Below, one piece after another: positions 32,440-42,781 of a stretch of 64,000 bases of DNA (its first letter is position 1; every line of letters starts with the position of its first letter). Position numbers and translations under genes: made by a program. This DNA comes from Alphaproteobacteria bacterium (lineage in GTDB: Bacteria > Pseudomonadota > Alphaproteobacteria > SHVV01). Below the pieces are notes generated by a model. That model was not told the DNA's origin, did not search any database, and saw only the letters and a list, made by a program, of their open reading frames with translations. The DNA is taken from assembly GCA_965261735.1 (NCBI GenBank), contig OZ253470.1, positions 3,328,001 through 3,392,000 of the forward strand, given 5' to 3'.

Positions 32440-32838
32440 ATACCAAAGCGGGCGCGCGGCGTGGAACAGGTGACGTTCCTGCTGGAGGAGGGCCGCAAGT
32501 CACGCTCACCCCGGGCGATCCGCAGCTGCGCCATCTCGATCACGCCTGGGCTTCGACCGTGCACGCTTACCAGGGGCGCACGGTCGATAACGTGATCGCC
32601 GCGATGGAGGCGAACCACCCTCAACTGAACACCGCCAAGGCGTTCTATGTCGATATCTCCCGCGCCCGCGACCGGGCGGAGTTGGTTGCCGACGACGCGC
32701 AGGCGCTCAAGGAACGGCTCGAAGCCGTGACCGGCGAGCGCATTTCGGTGCCGGAAGGCATCGGGGAGACTGTCCGGCCGGAGCGCGAACGCGAGCACGG
32801 GAGGGACGGGAAAGAATCGCACGAGAGGGAACGGCCGA
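32440..32838 (+). pseudogene. fragment of a second conjugative relaxase-helicase C-terminus
   Basis: HAYQGRTVDNVIAAMEANHP...FYVDISRARDRAELV (helicase motifs V/VI). Confidence 0.7.
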
Positions 32839-32839
32839 G

Positions 32840-33198
32840 GTGCGCGACCAGCTGAACAGCGTGCTGCGCCGCTGGTCGCACCACTTCGGCTACGGGACGC
32901 GCCTGCCGGCCTATCGAGCGGTCGACAATTACGTCTATGAGCGCGTGCGGCATTTTCTGGTCAGGCGTCACAAGGTGCCCTCGCGCGGCACCACGCGGTT
33001 CTCTGCTGGGACCGTGTTCGGGGATCTCGGCGTGCTTCGGCTGCGCCGGGTTCATCTTGGCCCCCCGCCGTGTGCCTCGGGATGAAGCCAGTCGGAAAGC
33101 CGGATGCGGGAAATTCGCACGTCCGGTTTGATGAGCGGGGAAGGGAAACGGAGTGATGCCAATGCGGTACAAACCACCGCGCCCTTCCTCGACTCTAC
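32840..33198 (+). mobile_element. group II intron 3' fragment (maturase domain X, domains V-VI)
   Basis: LNSVLRRWSHHFGYG...VDNYVYERVRHFL; domain V GAAAGCCGGATGCGGGAAATTCGCACGTCCGGTTTGATGAG; 3' end CTCGACTCTAC. Confidence 0.88.
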
Positions 33199-33444
33199 CG
33201 CTTACCGCTGACGGAGGCCGTGACGGAACGGACCAGCGGACCCAAACATGTGCTGGGTCAACCTTGACGGCGAACTCACGGGGGCATGATTTCCAAATGC
33301 ATCTCCTTTTCTGCGGGACCAAGAGACGGAATTCACGTACGATCTCACCGATATCCCATCGTGCGGCGTCCCCGGGAACCCCCACCTGAGCCTGTCGTGT
33401 TGGCTGAGCAGCCCCATCACAGCGCCCTGGACGCGACATTCGGC

Positions 33445-33798
33445 TTAAAGCGCGTTTCGTTGTTCATCAATTAACGCGATCCACCGATCCTTATTTGAAA
33501 CGACGAACCGTTGATTAGCTTGATCCCGAAAGGTGACTCTGATCGAGTTCTTAAGAAAGATCGGGACGAGCAAAAACACTGTCCAAATGGTGATGCTACG
33601 TGCTGGTTGGACAAAGAGCACGTTCGAAAGACCATAAGCGTCACGGATCTTTGTGCCGCGACGATTGACGAAAAGAAGGCGTCTGTTTGTCAACACGAGC
33701 CGTCCCCCGGGACCTCCCCATACGCCGGTGCGATTGGCGAATGCAGACAAGACGACGCTCTCGTCCTCTTCGAGTTCAATAGACAATTCTTTAGCCAT
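33445..33798 (-). CDS. PH/GRAM-like domain protein
   Basis: LEEDESVV...AN...GGRLVLTNRRLLF. Confidence 0.6.
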   Translation of the reverse strand: MAKELSIELEEDESVVLSAFANRTGVWGGPGGRLVLTNRRLLFVNRRGTKIRDAYGLSNVLFVQPARSITIWTVFLLVPIFLKNSIRVTFRDQANQRFVVSNKDRWIALIDEQRNAL

Positions 33799-33881
33799 GC
33801 TGCATCCCTCTCGGCAAGCGCTAGCTGGCGTAATGCTCCAACAGCCTATGGAAACATCCCCTCAGGCTATTCCTCCATGAG

Positions 33882-34196
33882 TTATTGCGTCTCCGGACAC
33901 GTAGGTTCTCCACTCTGAGCATCCGCCATGAGGGATAGTGCAGCCGCATCTACAGCCGCTCGTCCATATCGGGAAATCAGTGCTTTCTGATCTTCTTGGA
34001 ATTGCAATGCCACTTTGGTCTGTTCCGCTGCTCCGGGAACATTGCTGGCTTTCTTGAAGTCGCAAATGAGTATTGTGACTGCTGCCTTAACTTCATCTAC
34101 CTCATCAGCCGACGCGAAACGAGCGAGACCATTGGTCATCAAGGACAAACCAGAGGCGAAAACGACTAATTTGAGCCACGGTGCGATGTTCTTCAT
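33882..34196 (-). CDS. small exported hypothetical protein
   Basis: GGGAG RBS, signal-peptide-like N-terminus (ASA|DE), two Cys. Confidence 0.55.
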   Translation of the reverse strand: MKNIAPWLKLVVFASGLSLMTNGLARFASADEVDEVKAAVTILICDFKKASNVPGAAEQTKVALQFQEDQKALISRYGRAAVDAAALSLMADAQSGEPTCPETQ

Positions 34197-34268
34197 ACGT
34201 ATCTCCCGTTTCTGAGGAAGGTATCCCTTTCGTTCTTGCAGGTCCGCGAACTCCCCTCGCCTTGTCAG

Positions 34269-34560
34269 CTAAACGATGCCGCCCTGCCGGTTATGGCGTT
34301 CCTTTTCGGTCAGCGCCCATTCTGCTCTCGATCCGCGAGGCTGGTGGATTTTACCTTGTTGCTCCAGCCTGTGGAGTTGCCCCGTGACTGTGGCATTGTA
34401 TCCGTCCTCTGGAAGGTTGAGAGCGCTGGCGATGCTCCCGTGCATGAGCCCGTTGGGGGCGTCGTCCAACAATCCCAGGATTGCTTCTTGAACGTAATAC
34501 TCACCGGTTCGGGCGAGCCTTCTCGCGTCATTTGCTCTCACAGGCGGGTTCTCCTCTTGC
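34269..34560 (-). CDS. winged-helix-like small protein (start uncertain)
   Basis: EAILGLLDDAPNGLMHGSIASALNL...LHRLEQQGKI. Confidence 0.45.
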
Positions 34561-35439
34561 CGGCTTGATTCGCCACACGCATCGCCCGTGTCCGGACTGC
34601 GAGGGCGAGGTGGTCGACCTCGATCTGGTGAACTATCACCGAGGCTGAACCTAGGGGCAAGATGTTGGACCCAGCGCACCCATGCGAGTGTTTTCGCGAG
34701 AGCGTACGCACGATGGGATGGGCCGTGACGGGGGATGAATCCGTCGGGTAAGGGACGTTCCTGCGACAGAATCCGCATAGTGGCTCAGTTCTGGGCGCAA
34801 GTGGGCCGTTGCTTGGCGCCAATCGACCGTATAGCAGCGCACCTCACCGCCATTTGCGCCCAGTTCCGCAAAGGTAGTGTGTCATTCCGCGACTCGTCGC
34901 AGACATGCCAACCACCGCGACCGACACCCTTCGCTTCCCTCCGAGACTGACGTAGGCGGGCTTACCGGACGACCCGGCCGAGCCAGCACGGCTTGGCCGA
35001 ACGGATTCCGCTTACCGCTTACCGGCAGACATTGATGCACAGACGTCCGTGATTTTTGAAATTGGACGAAAGTAGTCCCCCTCGAAACCTTGCCTAGTAA
35101 TGGATCAAATTGCGGCCGACATTTGCCGCTCGCGAAAGTCACGCTGGAGCCAACTCAAGTATGGGAGCCTGGACGGTCTTCGCAACGCCCTTAACTAGTC
35201 TTTTGCCGATCTCTGTCAGTACAATGAATGATAGCTCGTGCTATTCCCGGTTGTCGACGCGCGCAGATGGATCGCATACTAGTGACCAGCAAGCTATAGG
35301 TTGTCGGAATTTTCGTCGCCAGCCGTTGCGTCAGACACGGCGCAGATGTTCTGGTGATTCAGCGGTAAACGGGAATCAATGACTCCGATTGCTTCAATGG
35401 TCGGGCGGGAACTACGTCAGAGATACGCCCGCGAGCGCT

Positions 35440-36080
35440 GTGTGTGGACGCCCCCGTTGATGCAAGCAGTTTTTGGTCGGCTCGGTGCATGCGGTCAGGT
35501 GCTGTCGTGTGTCCGGCCTCTCTATGCGGCAGATGACACGCCGCGGGCCCGTATGGAGATACGCGGATTGGGTCCAAATCGGTTACGCGAGCTTGAAAGC
35601 TCTCCGTTCGGATGCTGGTTTTCCCAACCCGGTCTCGTTGACCTTTGCCCTTACCTGTCCTCCGTCCTGCCCACATCCCCGACGGCTTCCCGCACTTCGC
35701 CGTTCTCTCAGGCGGTGGCGGGAGCCCGGTAGCTCTCCTTCTTCGTCAGTAGCGCCCAGACGATGCGCGCCATCCTGTTGGCCAGCGCCACCGCGACGAG
35801 CATCCTCGGCTTGCGCGCCAGCATCCCGGCCAGCCAGGGGTCCGTCGTCACGCCGCGCCGAACCGCCCAGCGGACCACAGTCATCGCGCCTGTGATCAGC
35901 AGCCGTCTCAGATCGCGCTGGCCCATCTTCGATATCTTGCCCAGCTTCGGCTTTGCCGCCGGTCGTGTGCTGGCGCGGCACGAGGCCGAGCCAAGCGGAG
36001 AAGTCGCGGCCGCGCCGAAAACTCTCCATCGGCGGTGCGAAGGCCTGGATTGCCATCGCGCTGATCGGCCCGATCCCACA
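35440..36080 (-). pseudogene. IS110 family transposase 3' fragment
   Basis: FRRGRDFSAWLGLVPRQHTTGGK / LGKISKMGQRDLRRLL...VALANRMARIVWA, with a frameshift. Confidence 0.85.
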
Positions 36081-36143
36081 AGGGTGGCCGTGGCGCGTTG
36101 ATCGGCGAGTTGATATCGGGTCTTGGTCGGCTCTGGCGCATCG

Positions 36144-37266
36144 TCACGGAGGTCCGGTCTTCGTTGCCCGCATCAACGTTTGAACTCGCCGATCGAGAAT
36201 GAGGATCTGCCGCAGCGTTCCCTTCCTGCACTGCCGGCACACGGTGATGTCGATTCCCGTCAGACGCAGCATCATCTCCTGCGTCGTCTCCGGCTCGAGC
36301 GGTTCCGGGTCTGGCTGACCAAGCATGGCTCGGCACAGGGCGAGCTTGCCGGTTCTGGAGCAATCCGTAGTGGCGCAGCCGGGTGAATCCGCGCGGCAGC
36401 ACATGCAGGAGGAAGCGGCGGATGAACTCGTCGGCGTCGAGACGCATCACCTTGGCCTTGTTGCCGTCGGCGTAGTCGCGCCACCGGAAGCGGACGTGCT
36501 CCCCGTCGAACTCGACGAGACGGTGGTTGCCGATGGCGGTCTTGTGGGTGTAGCGCCCGAGATAGGCCAGCACCTGGCCGGCGCCGGCGAACGGGGCCTT
36601 GGTATAGACCACCCAGTTGTTCGATCGAAGCGAGGTCTTCAAACATTCGAAGGCGCGGCGGCCGTCGAGACCATCGCGGCCGGGCATACGCAGCTCGCCC
36701 TTGCGATGGGCATCGGTGAGGAAGTCGAGATACTTCCCGCGGAAGACCTTGGAGAGAGCGGCCGTTGGGAACAGGAATCCCTTGCGCGCGGGGGCGATCC
36801 AGCTTTGCTGGTCCGGGCTCAAGGCTCCGCCGGTGACGATGCAGTGGACGTGGATGTGCTGTCCCAGATTCTGGCCCCAGGTGTGCAGCACCATGGTGAT
36901 GCCGAGCTCGCCGCCGAGCCACGGGGATTGCGGCCGAACTCTAGCAAGGTCTGGGATGCGGCCTTGAAGAGCAGCTTGTAGATGAGCGCGGGATTGCCCT
37001 GAGCCACGGGGTTGAGGTCGTGGGGCAAGGTGAAGACCACATGCCAGTAGTCGATGTCGAGCAGATCGGCGCACTGACGCTCGACCCATCGGGTTTGCGA
37101 GAGGGTCTGACACTTGGGGCAGTGACGGTTCCTGCACGACGCGTATTGGATCGTCACCGCCCCGCATTGGTCGCAATGCGCCTTGAACCCGCCGAGCGCG
37201 GCGGTGCGACAGTTCACCAGCGCGTCCACGACCTTGTGTTGCTGGGCCGAGAGCCGATGCGTCTCT
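36144..37266 (-). pseudogene. IS91 family rolling-circle transposase, 5'-truncated with two frameshifts
   Basis: CRTAALGG...SCRNRHCPKCQ, HTWG...HIHVH (HUH), YLGRY, HVLPRGF...RHYG. Confidence 0.88.
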
Positions 37267-37770
37267 CTTGGTGGCCTCGAGAACGGCATGAAAATAGTTC
37301 TCCTGAAGCAACTCGGCCCGGCAGAACTGCAAAACGTCGGAATGGACAGCACGGCGCTGTAGTTCGCTACGCAATCGACCCGCGCGCTCCAGGGCCTCGG
37401 CAAGGGTGGTCGCTTTCTCGGCGGCGCGCAGCTTGCCGTCCTCGCCGAGCTGCCAGCCTGCGAAGGCCAAGACCTCGTTCAAAGCATGACGCCTGGAATC
37501 AAAGATGTCGGTCTGTCCCCGATAGCTGACCGGGGCCATGGCCTGCTGGACCAAGTGCAGCACGGCATTGCAGCATCGGTCCTGGGCTTGGCGCGCTTGG
37601 AGCGCCTCGAAGAGGCGATGGCGCTTGGTCATGCTGGGGATCGGATCGTCGATACGACACGCCGACAAGAGTCGGCCGATTTCGCTCCCCGTGAGGCCGG
37701 TGCTCGTTTCACCTAGAACGTCACAGAGCGCCTGAAGCTGGTCTGGTGGGAAAGCCGGATACGCTGGCAT
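37267..37770 (-). pseudogene. TIGR02391 family protein (AbiJ-like N-terminus), C-terminus lost to IS91
   Basis: LGETSTGLTGSEIG...TKRHRL...VHSDVLQFCRAELLQENYFHAVLEATK, then junction to IS91. Confidence 0.75.
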
Positions 37771-37800
37771 CTGTCTGGGCTGTAGTGGTCTGACGCAGTT

Positions 37801-38721
37801 CTAGTTGCGGGTCGCCTCGATGAACTCTCGGAGATCGTCGAGACGATGAAGCCAGAACAGGGCGAGCCCTTCGCCTTGGGCGGTGGCGAGGTTGTCGGGC
37901 TTGAAGACGCCGCTCAACACGGCACCGGGCACGACCTGGCGCTGGCCGAAGGCGGCGATCCATGCGCGGGCCTTGCCGGCGGCCTCGTGGTTCACACGTT
38001 TGAAGGAATTGACCTCGCTGTTGGAGGCCTTGCATTCGACGGCCAGGACGCGGCGGTCGTAAAGGCCGATCACGAGGTCGGCGCGGCTGTCGCCGAGTTT
38101 GCTCTCGGGGCAGAACTCGCCCGGCGCCGGAGCATCGCGCAGAAGCGGGATGTTGCGGCGGTCGACTTCGGCGAAGTCCATGCCGCGGAGCAATTGCTTG
38201 ACGGCCTCTTCCTGGTCTGATTTGGCGTCGTTGCGGCGCTTCGTCTGGACCTTCTGGGCGGTGGCCAAGGCTGCGGAAGCGATGGTGGCGATCGTGCGCT
38301 CGGCGTCGCGGGGATCCCTACCCTCTGCGATCCATGGAAAGCGCTTGGGGTCGAGGATGTGGAGCACGGTATCGCGGACCCGGCGCGCCGACTCGGGTTC
38401 GCGGCGGAGCGCCGTGGGAGACAGCTTCGCGTCGGCCAAGGTCTTGAGATCGTCTTCAGAGATAGGGGGTGCGGTCAGATAGCGGAACGCCATCTTGGTG
38501 TCGTCGTCGCCCATGACCTCGGCAAGGACCTCGGGGTCCAGCTCGTGCTCGGCCAGTTGCTCGATCTGGTCGATCAGCCGGTCGAAGATGGGAACGAAGG
38601 CGTCGAAGAATTGGGTATAGAGTTCTAGCGGCTCTTCAAGCCGCTCGGTGCGGAACCTGTCCCTTGAGCGGGAGGCGTCCTCGCCAAGCTGCTGTGCTGT
38701 CCATTGTATCGGCTCAGCCAT
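37801..38721 (-). CDS. XamI family type II restriction endonuclease
   Basis: FRYLTAPPISEDDL, LDPKRFPW, ADLV...VECKASNSEVNSFKRVNHEA. Confidence 0.88.
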   Translation of the reverse strand: MAEPIQWTAQQLGEDASRSRDRFRTERLEEPLELYTQFFDAFVPIFDRLIDQIEQLAEHELDPEVLAEVMGDDDTKMAFRYLTAPPISEDDLKTLADAKLSPTALRREPESARRVRDTVLHILDPKRFPWIAEGRDPRDAERTIATIASAALATAQKVQTKRRNDAKSDQEEAVKQLLRGMDFAEVDRRNIPLLRDAPAPGEFCPESKLGDSRADLVIGLYDRRVLAVECKASNSEVNSFKRVNHEAAGKARAWIAAFGQRQVVPGAVLSGVFKPDNLATAQGEGLALFWLHRLDDLREFIEATRN

Positions 38722-40300
38722 TCAACTGTTCTAAGTTGGGAATAGCGATGCGCTCAACCTCCTTCGGCTCGAACTTGGTGAGGCCGCCGGCGTAGGCGCG
38801 GCCTGCGTCGAGACGGACGTTGGTCTTGAGCCAGGCAATAAGCGCTGTACTGGAGTCCTCTGTCAGGGGATCCCTGGGATAGAGGCCGTGGGCGATGTTC
38901 AATAGGCGCGCGTTGCACATATTGCGGACGAAAGCCGGCGGCCGGCGCGCCATGTAGGTGCAGACGATTGGGGCGGGCTCGCGGAGCCCGACCGACCACC
39001 AGGACCGGCGGTTCTGAGCGATGTACCCCGAATCGGCTTGTTGGGCTTTGGCCCACGAAAGGAAGCGTTCGACAGCCGGTCGCACGTCGCGCGACAGCTC
39101 GTCGAGATCGGCGGGCAGGTCGATGACTCGCCGGAGGACTCCGGCGTCGGCGAGAACGTCGCCGACAGCAAGAAGTTCGCGTGCCCTCGTGACGGTCGGC
39201 AGCAGGTACTTCACGGGCAGGCCCTTAGCGTGGTCACCGGCGATCCAGACACTATTGGCACCCGTGACCTGGCCACGATGCACCCGGAACAGTTCGCCAA
39301 GTTCAATATAGCCGGCGGGCGGCTTCTCGGACGGGCGTACGATGATCGACCATCGGGGCGCCTTCTCGACCTCGGTCCAGAGCACTTTGCGGCCCTTGGT
39401 CAGGTCGTTGAGGGCGCTGCGTGTCTCAACGGCGCGCACCCGGAAATTCTTGGGTCGCTGACCGACCCGGAAACAGGTGATTGCGGCCGTCGTAGCGGCG
39501 TCCGGAAAGGCGGCGACAGCCGGATCCAGAACATGCAGCGCCGTACCGCCCAGCCCGTCGGCGAGCAGCTGGCGGAGGGCGCGGCCATAGTTCACGTCCA
39601 ACCATTCGGCGGCGGTGATGAAGGTGCCGTAGTCGCCCTCGCGCGCTAGCGTCATGGTCTTGAAGAAGAAATGCAGATGTAGCCCGGCGAGCTTGCTGGC
39701 TTTGATGCCCCAGCGCGCTCCCGCGCGGGCGTACCAGTCCTTCCATTGCTCTTCAATGTCATGGTGGCGGACATAGGGAGGATTGCCGATGAAGAGTGTG
39801 GTGCCCTCGATTCTGGGCAGGCGGATGCGGCGGTAGTCGGTCAGCTTGAGGGTCAAGCGGCCACCGAAGCCCTTGGCCTCGGCTGTGGCACGAAGCATGA
39901 GGGCTGCCACGGGATCGGTCTCGACGGCGATAAGCTGTGACAAGGGGAAGTAGTCGGCCGCGGTGGCAAGGAACCGGCCAGAGCCAGCGCCGGGGTCGAT
40001 GATCCGGGCCGGCTGACCGTGCTCGCGGGCGGACCATGAAACCATGGCGCCGACAATGTCCATAGCCGTGTAGGTGGCGCCATGGGCGCGGCGGGTCACC
40101 GGCGATCGAAGCCGACAGAACGCCTCGCCGAGCGGGTCGCCGCCTTCGGCGATCTCCTCCCGGAGCGCCGCGAGCGTCGATTTAGGTGCTTGGGGAAGGT
40201 CGCGGACGAGCCGACGCTCAGACGCCGACCAGCCCCCGGGATGGCACGCGAGGCTTGCAGCCGCAGCGATCAAGTCCGCTTCGGTTGCGAGAGCGTTCAT
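38714..40300 (-). CDS. N6-adenine DNA methyltransferase (gamma class), cognate of the XamI-like REase
   Basis: GATYT, DPGAGSGRF, GNPPYVRH, YAGGLTKFEP; overlaps the REase start. Confidence 0.9.
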   Translation of the reverse strand: MNALATEADLIAAAASLACHPGGWSASERRLVRDLPQAPKSTLAALREEIAEGGDPLGEAFCRLRSPVTRRAHGATYTAMDIVGAMVSWSAREHGQPARIIDPGAGSGRFLATAADYFPLSQLIAVETDPVAALMLRATAEAKGFGGRLTLKLTDYRRIRLPRIEGTTLFIGNPPYVRHHDIEEQWKDWYARAGARWGIKASKLAGLHLHFFFKTMTLAREGDYGTFITAAEWLDVNYGRALRQLLADGLGGTALHVLDPAVAAFPDAATTAAITCFRVGQRPKNFRVRAVETRSALNDLTKGRKVLWTEVEKAPRWSIIVRPSEKPPAGYIELGELFRVHRGQVTGANSVWIAGDHAKGLPVKYLLPTVTRARELLAVGDVLADAGVLRRVIDLPADLDELSRDVRPAVERFLSWAKAQQADSGYIAQNRRSWWSVGLREPAPIVCTYMARRPPAFVRNMCNARLLNIAHGLYPRDPLTEDSSTALIAWLKTNVRLDAGRAYAGGLTKFEPKEVERIAIPNLEQLNG

Positions 40301-40479
40301 CCCTTGCCCGCTCCTTGGCCCTTGGTTTTGTAAAGCTGCCAGATTTCGAGGAAGAGGTCTTTGAGGCGCAGCCCGCGCTGAGCAGCCTCCTGCTTCACCT
40401 CGCGCGCTAGGTCCGGCGGAAGGCTCAGGCCGACAATCTGACGGGTGGTGTGATTTTTGGATTGGGACGACTTGCTCAT
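40297..40479 (-). CDS. small ribbon-helix-helix-like regulator
   Basis: IVGLSLPPDLAREVKQEAAQRGLRLKDLF; ATGA overlap with the MTase start. Confidence 0.65.
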   Translation of the reverse strand: MSKSSQSKNHTTRQIVGLSLPPDLAREVKQEAAQRGLRLKDLFLEIWQLYKTKGQGAGKG

Positions 40480-40660
40480 GGCATCAGGTATTGTCGACGA
40501 GTCGACTGATGTCAAGATGTGTTGACGGGGGGCGATTCGAACAGGAGAAAGTGACACTTATGGTCACGTTGACGGCCCATCATTCCGGCTATCGGTCACG
40601 CTCACCGCGATAATCGGGGCGACTCGGAATCCGGAGCCCGCACTGGCGAGACGGGCGGTG

Positions 40661-41237
40661 TGACCTGAACCCCATAAATTGGACCGTCTGCAGTGAGAAT
40701 TTTCTCGTAATGTTTTGGCTGGCATTGACGAGGAAAGGCGATGAAGCAGTCGAGATTTTCGGAACAGCAGATCGCCCTCATCTTGAAGCAGACGGATGAA
40801 GGGACGAGTGTGGAGTTGCGAGGTGGTCAAGATCGACGTCGCCGCCGTGGCCCTGCACGACCGCGCCAATGGGGGGCGTGCTGGCTGGCCCTGGTGTTGT
40901 GGGATCGACTTGATCTGGACCACTTCTGGGGTCTGCGCCTGACCCCGAGCCGGCACGGCACGAGGTGGCTGGACATTCCGAAGATCCAGGTCTGCTACCG
41001 GCTGATCGACCCGGGGAGCGAGTGGCGTCTCCACCGTCACTGGTACGAGCACAGCGCGTTGCGCGATCTTCTGGGCTGCGATCGGGCGATCGCCGACGAC
41101 ACGCTGTATCGCTGCCTGGACAAGCTGATGCCCCACAAGCAAGGGTTCTTCTCGTTCCTTCGCGCCCGGTGGGCGGGGCTGTTCGATGCGGGCTTCGATG
41201 TGCTGCTGTACGACCTGACCTCGACCTACTTCGAGAG
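40661..41237 (+). pseudogene. fused remnants: IS3 left end/orfA start and IS1634 transposase fragment
   Basis: TGACCTGAACCCC end and MKQSRFSEQQI; then PRQWGACWL...YRLIDPGSEWRLHR...LLYDLTSTYFE. Confidence 0.75.
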
Positions 41238-42533
41238 TGACCTGCCCCCGATTAGTGGTCCAGCGCTTAAGTTAGAGTTTGGCGCGGGTTAAGTTGATGG
41301 GCCGACCGTAGCCCCTCAACAGCGTAGGTTGGCCCCTCAACGTTTTGCAAGATGGTTTCTGGGGCCGGCGGTCTGTATCCGAGCGAGCTATGCGGCCGGA
41401 TGGTATTGTAGTGATGCCGCCATCGTTCGATCAGCACTTTGGCCTCCTTCAGTGTAGAGAAGATCTCCGTGTTCAAGATTTCGTCCCGGAGCTTTGAGTT
41501 GAGGCTCTCGTTGTATCCGTTCTCCCAAGGTGACCCGGGCTCGATATAGAGGGTCTTGACGCCGATCCTGCCGAGCCAGTCGCGGACGGCATGAGCGGTA
41601 AACTCTGAGCCGTTGTCGGAACGGATATGATCCGGCGGGCCATGTTGGACGAAGAGCTCGGTCAGACAATGGAGTACATTGTCCGAGTTCAATCTTCGCT
41701 CGACGACAACGGACATGCACCGCCTGGTGAACTCATCGATCACGGTGAGCATGCGGAACTTCCTCCCATCGTGTGTTCGATCCATGACGAAGTCATAGGA
41801 CCAGACGTGATTGGGCCAGCCCGGCCGCAGACGGATGCAGGATCCGTCGTTGAGCCACAGCCTGCCCCGTTTCGGTTGCTTCTGTGGGAGCTTCAGCCCC
41901 TCCCGCCGCCGTCGACATATATGTCGACCGCTGGACCCGCTTGGCGTTCACGTGCCAACCTTCGGTCCTGAGCAAGGCAGTGATCCGCCGATAGCCATAT
42001 CTGCCATACTGGCTGGCCAAGCGGATGATCGCGGCCGTGAGTGCCTCTTCATCATCCCGGCCACGGGGTCTCTTGCGCTGGGTTGAGCGATGTTGGCCTG
42101 AAACAGCACAGGCACGTCGCTCGGAGATTCCCAGTTCGGCCTGGAGATGATCAACACACTGCCGGCGACGGGCGGGGCTTAGCAATTTCCCTCAAGCGCC
42201 TCTTTCAAGATCAGCTTATCCAACGTCAGATCCGAGATCGCCTTCCGGAGACGGCCATTCTCCTTCTCCAGGTCCTTCAGACGCTTGGCCTGGTCAGTAC
42301 GAAGGCCGCCATATTCCTTGCGCCAGCGATAGTAACTCTGCTCCGATACGCCGAGCGTGCGACAAGCTTGACCAATGGAGTGGCCCTGCGCCAAGGCCAC
42401 CTCGGCTTCGCGAAACATGCTGATAATCTGTTCCGGGGTGTAGCGTTTACGGCTCATTTTGTCCTCCTTTCGAGGGGGCAAAATGCGCCAAACTCTCTTA
42501 ACAAATCTGGACCACTTTTAGGGGGTCACTCCA
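41238..42533 (-). mobile_element. IS3 family (IS407-like) element, orfB disrupted
   Basis: IRs TG..CCCCC....AGTGGTCCAG; orfA MSRKRYTPEQ; orfB RSDNGSEF, PGSPWENGYNES; frameshifting insert at 41911-41928. Confidence 0.9.
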
Positions 42534-42781
42534 CAATGCGCCAATGTGATTGGGCAGTTGATCGACGCCAGAAAGTAATCTCTCCCCGTCTTGATAGATG
42601 GGCATGTGCCTAACATTCGCAGGCGGTGAACCAGACGACGGATTCACCATTAGTGTTGACTGGGGGTTGATACAATTATTAAACCACAGATGTGGAAATT
42701 TGTATCGTGCCTATCCGCTTTACGCATACACACACTAGGGGTAGATTGTGTGCGTAAGTTGGCGTGTCAAAACATCCTATA

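Noticed and set aside
32840-32846. GTGCG at the start of the intron 3' fragment as a possible mini-intron 5' end
   Set aside because: It lies within maturase coding sequence (VRDQLN) and no domains I-III follow.
22270-33198. Retron or diversity-generating retroelement
   Set aside because: No reverse transcriptase core (YADD) or template/variable repeat pair was seen; only intron fragments.
35908-37770. 620-aa ORF appearing to be a novel TIGR02391-IS91 fusion protein
   Set aside because: Chance read-through: the IS91 N-terminal part is in another frame and the tail runs out of frame into IS110 debris.
40741-41292. 183-aa ORF
   Set aside because: Chimera of IS3 orfA start, an IS1634 fragment and an IS3 end.
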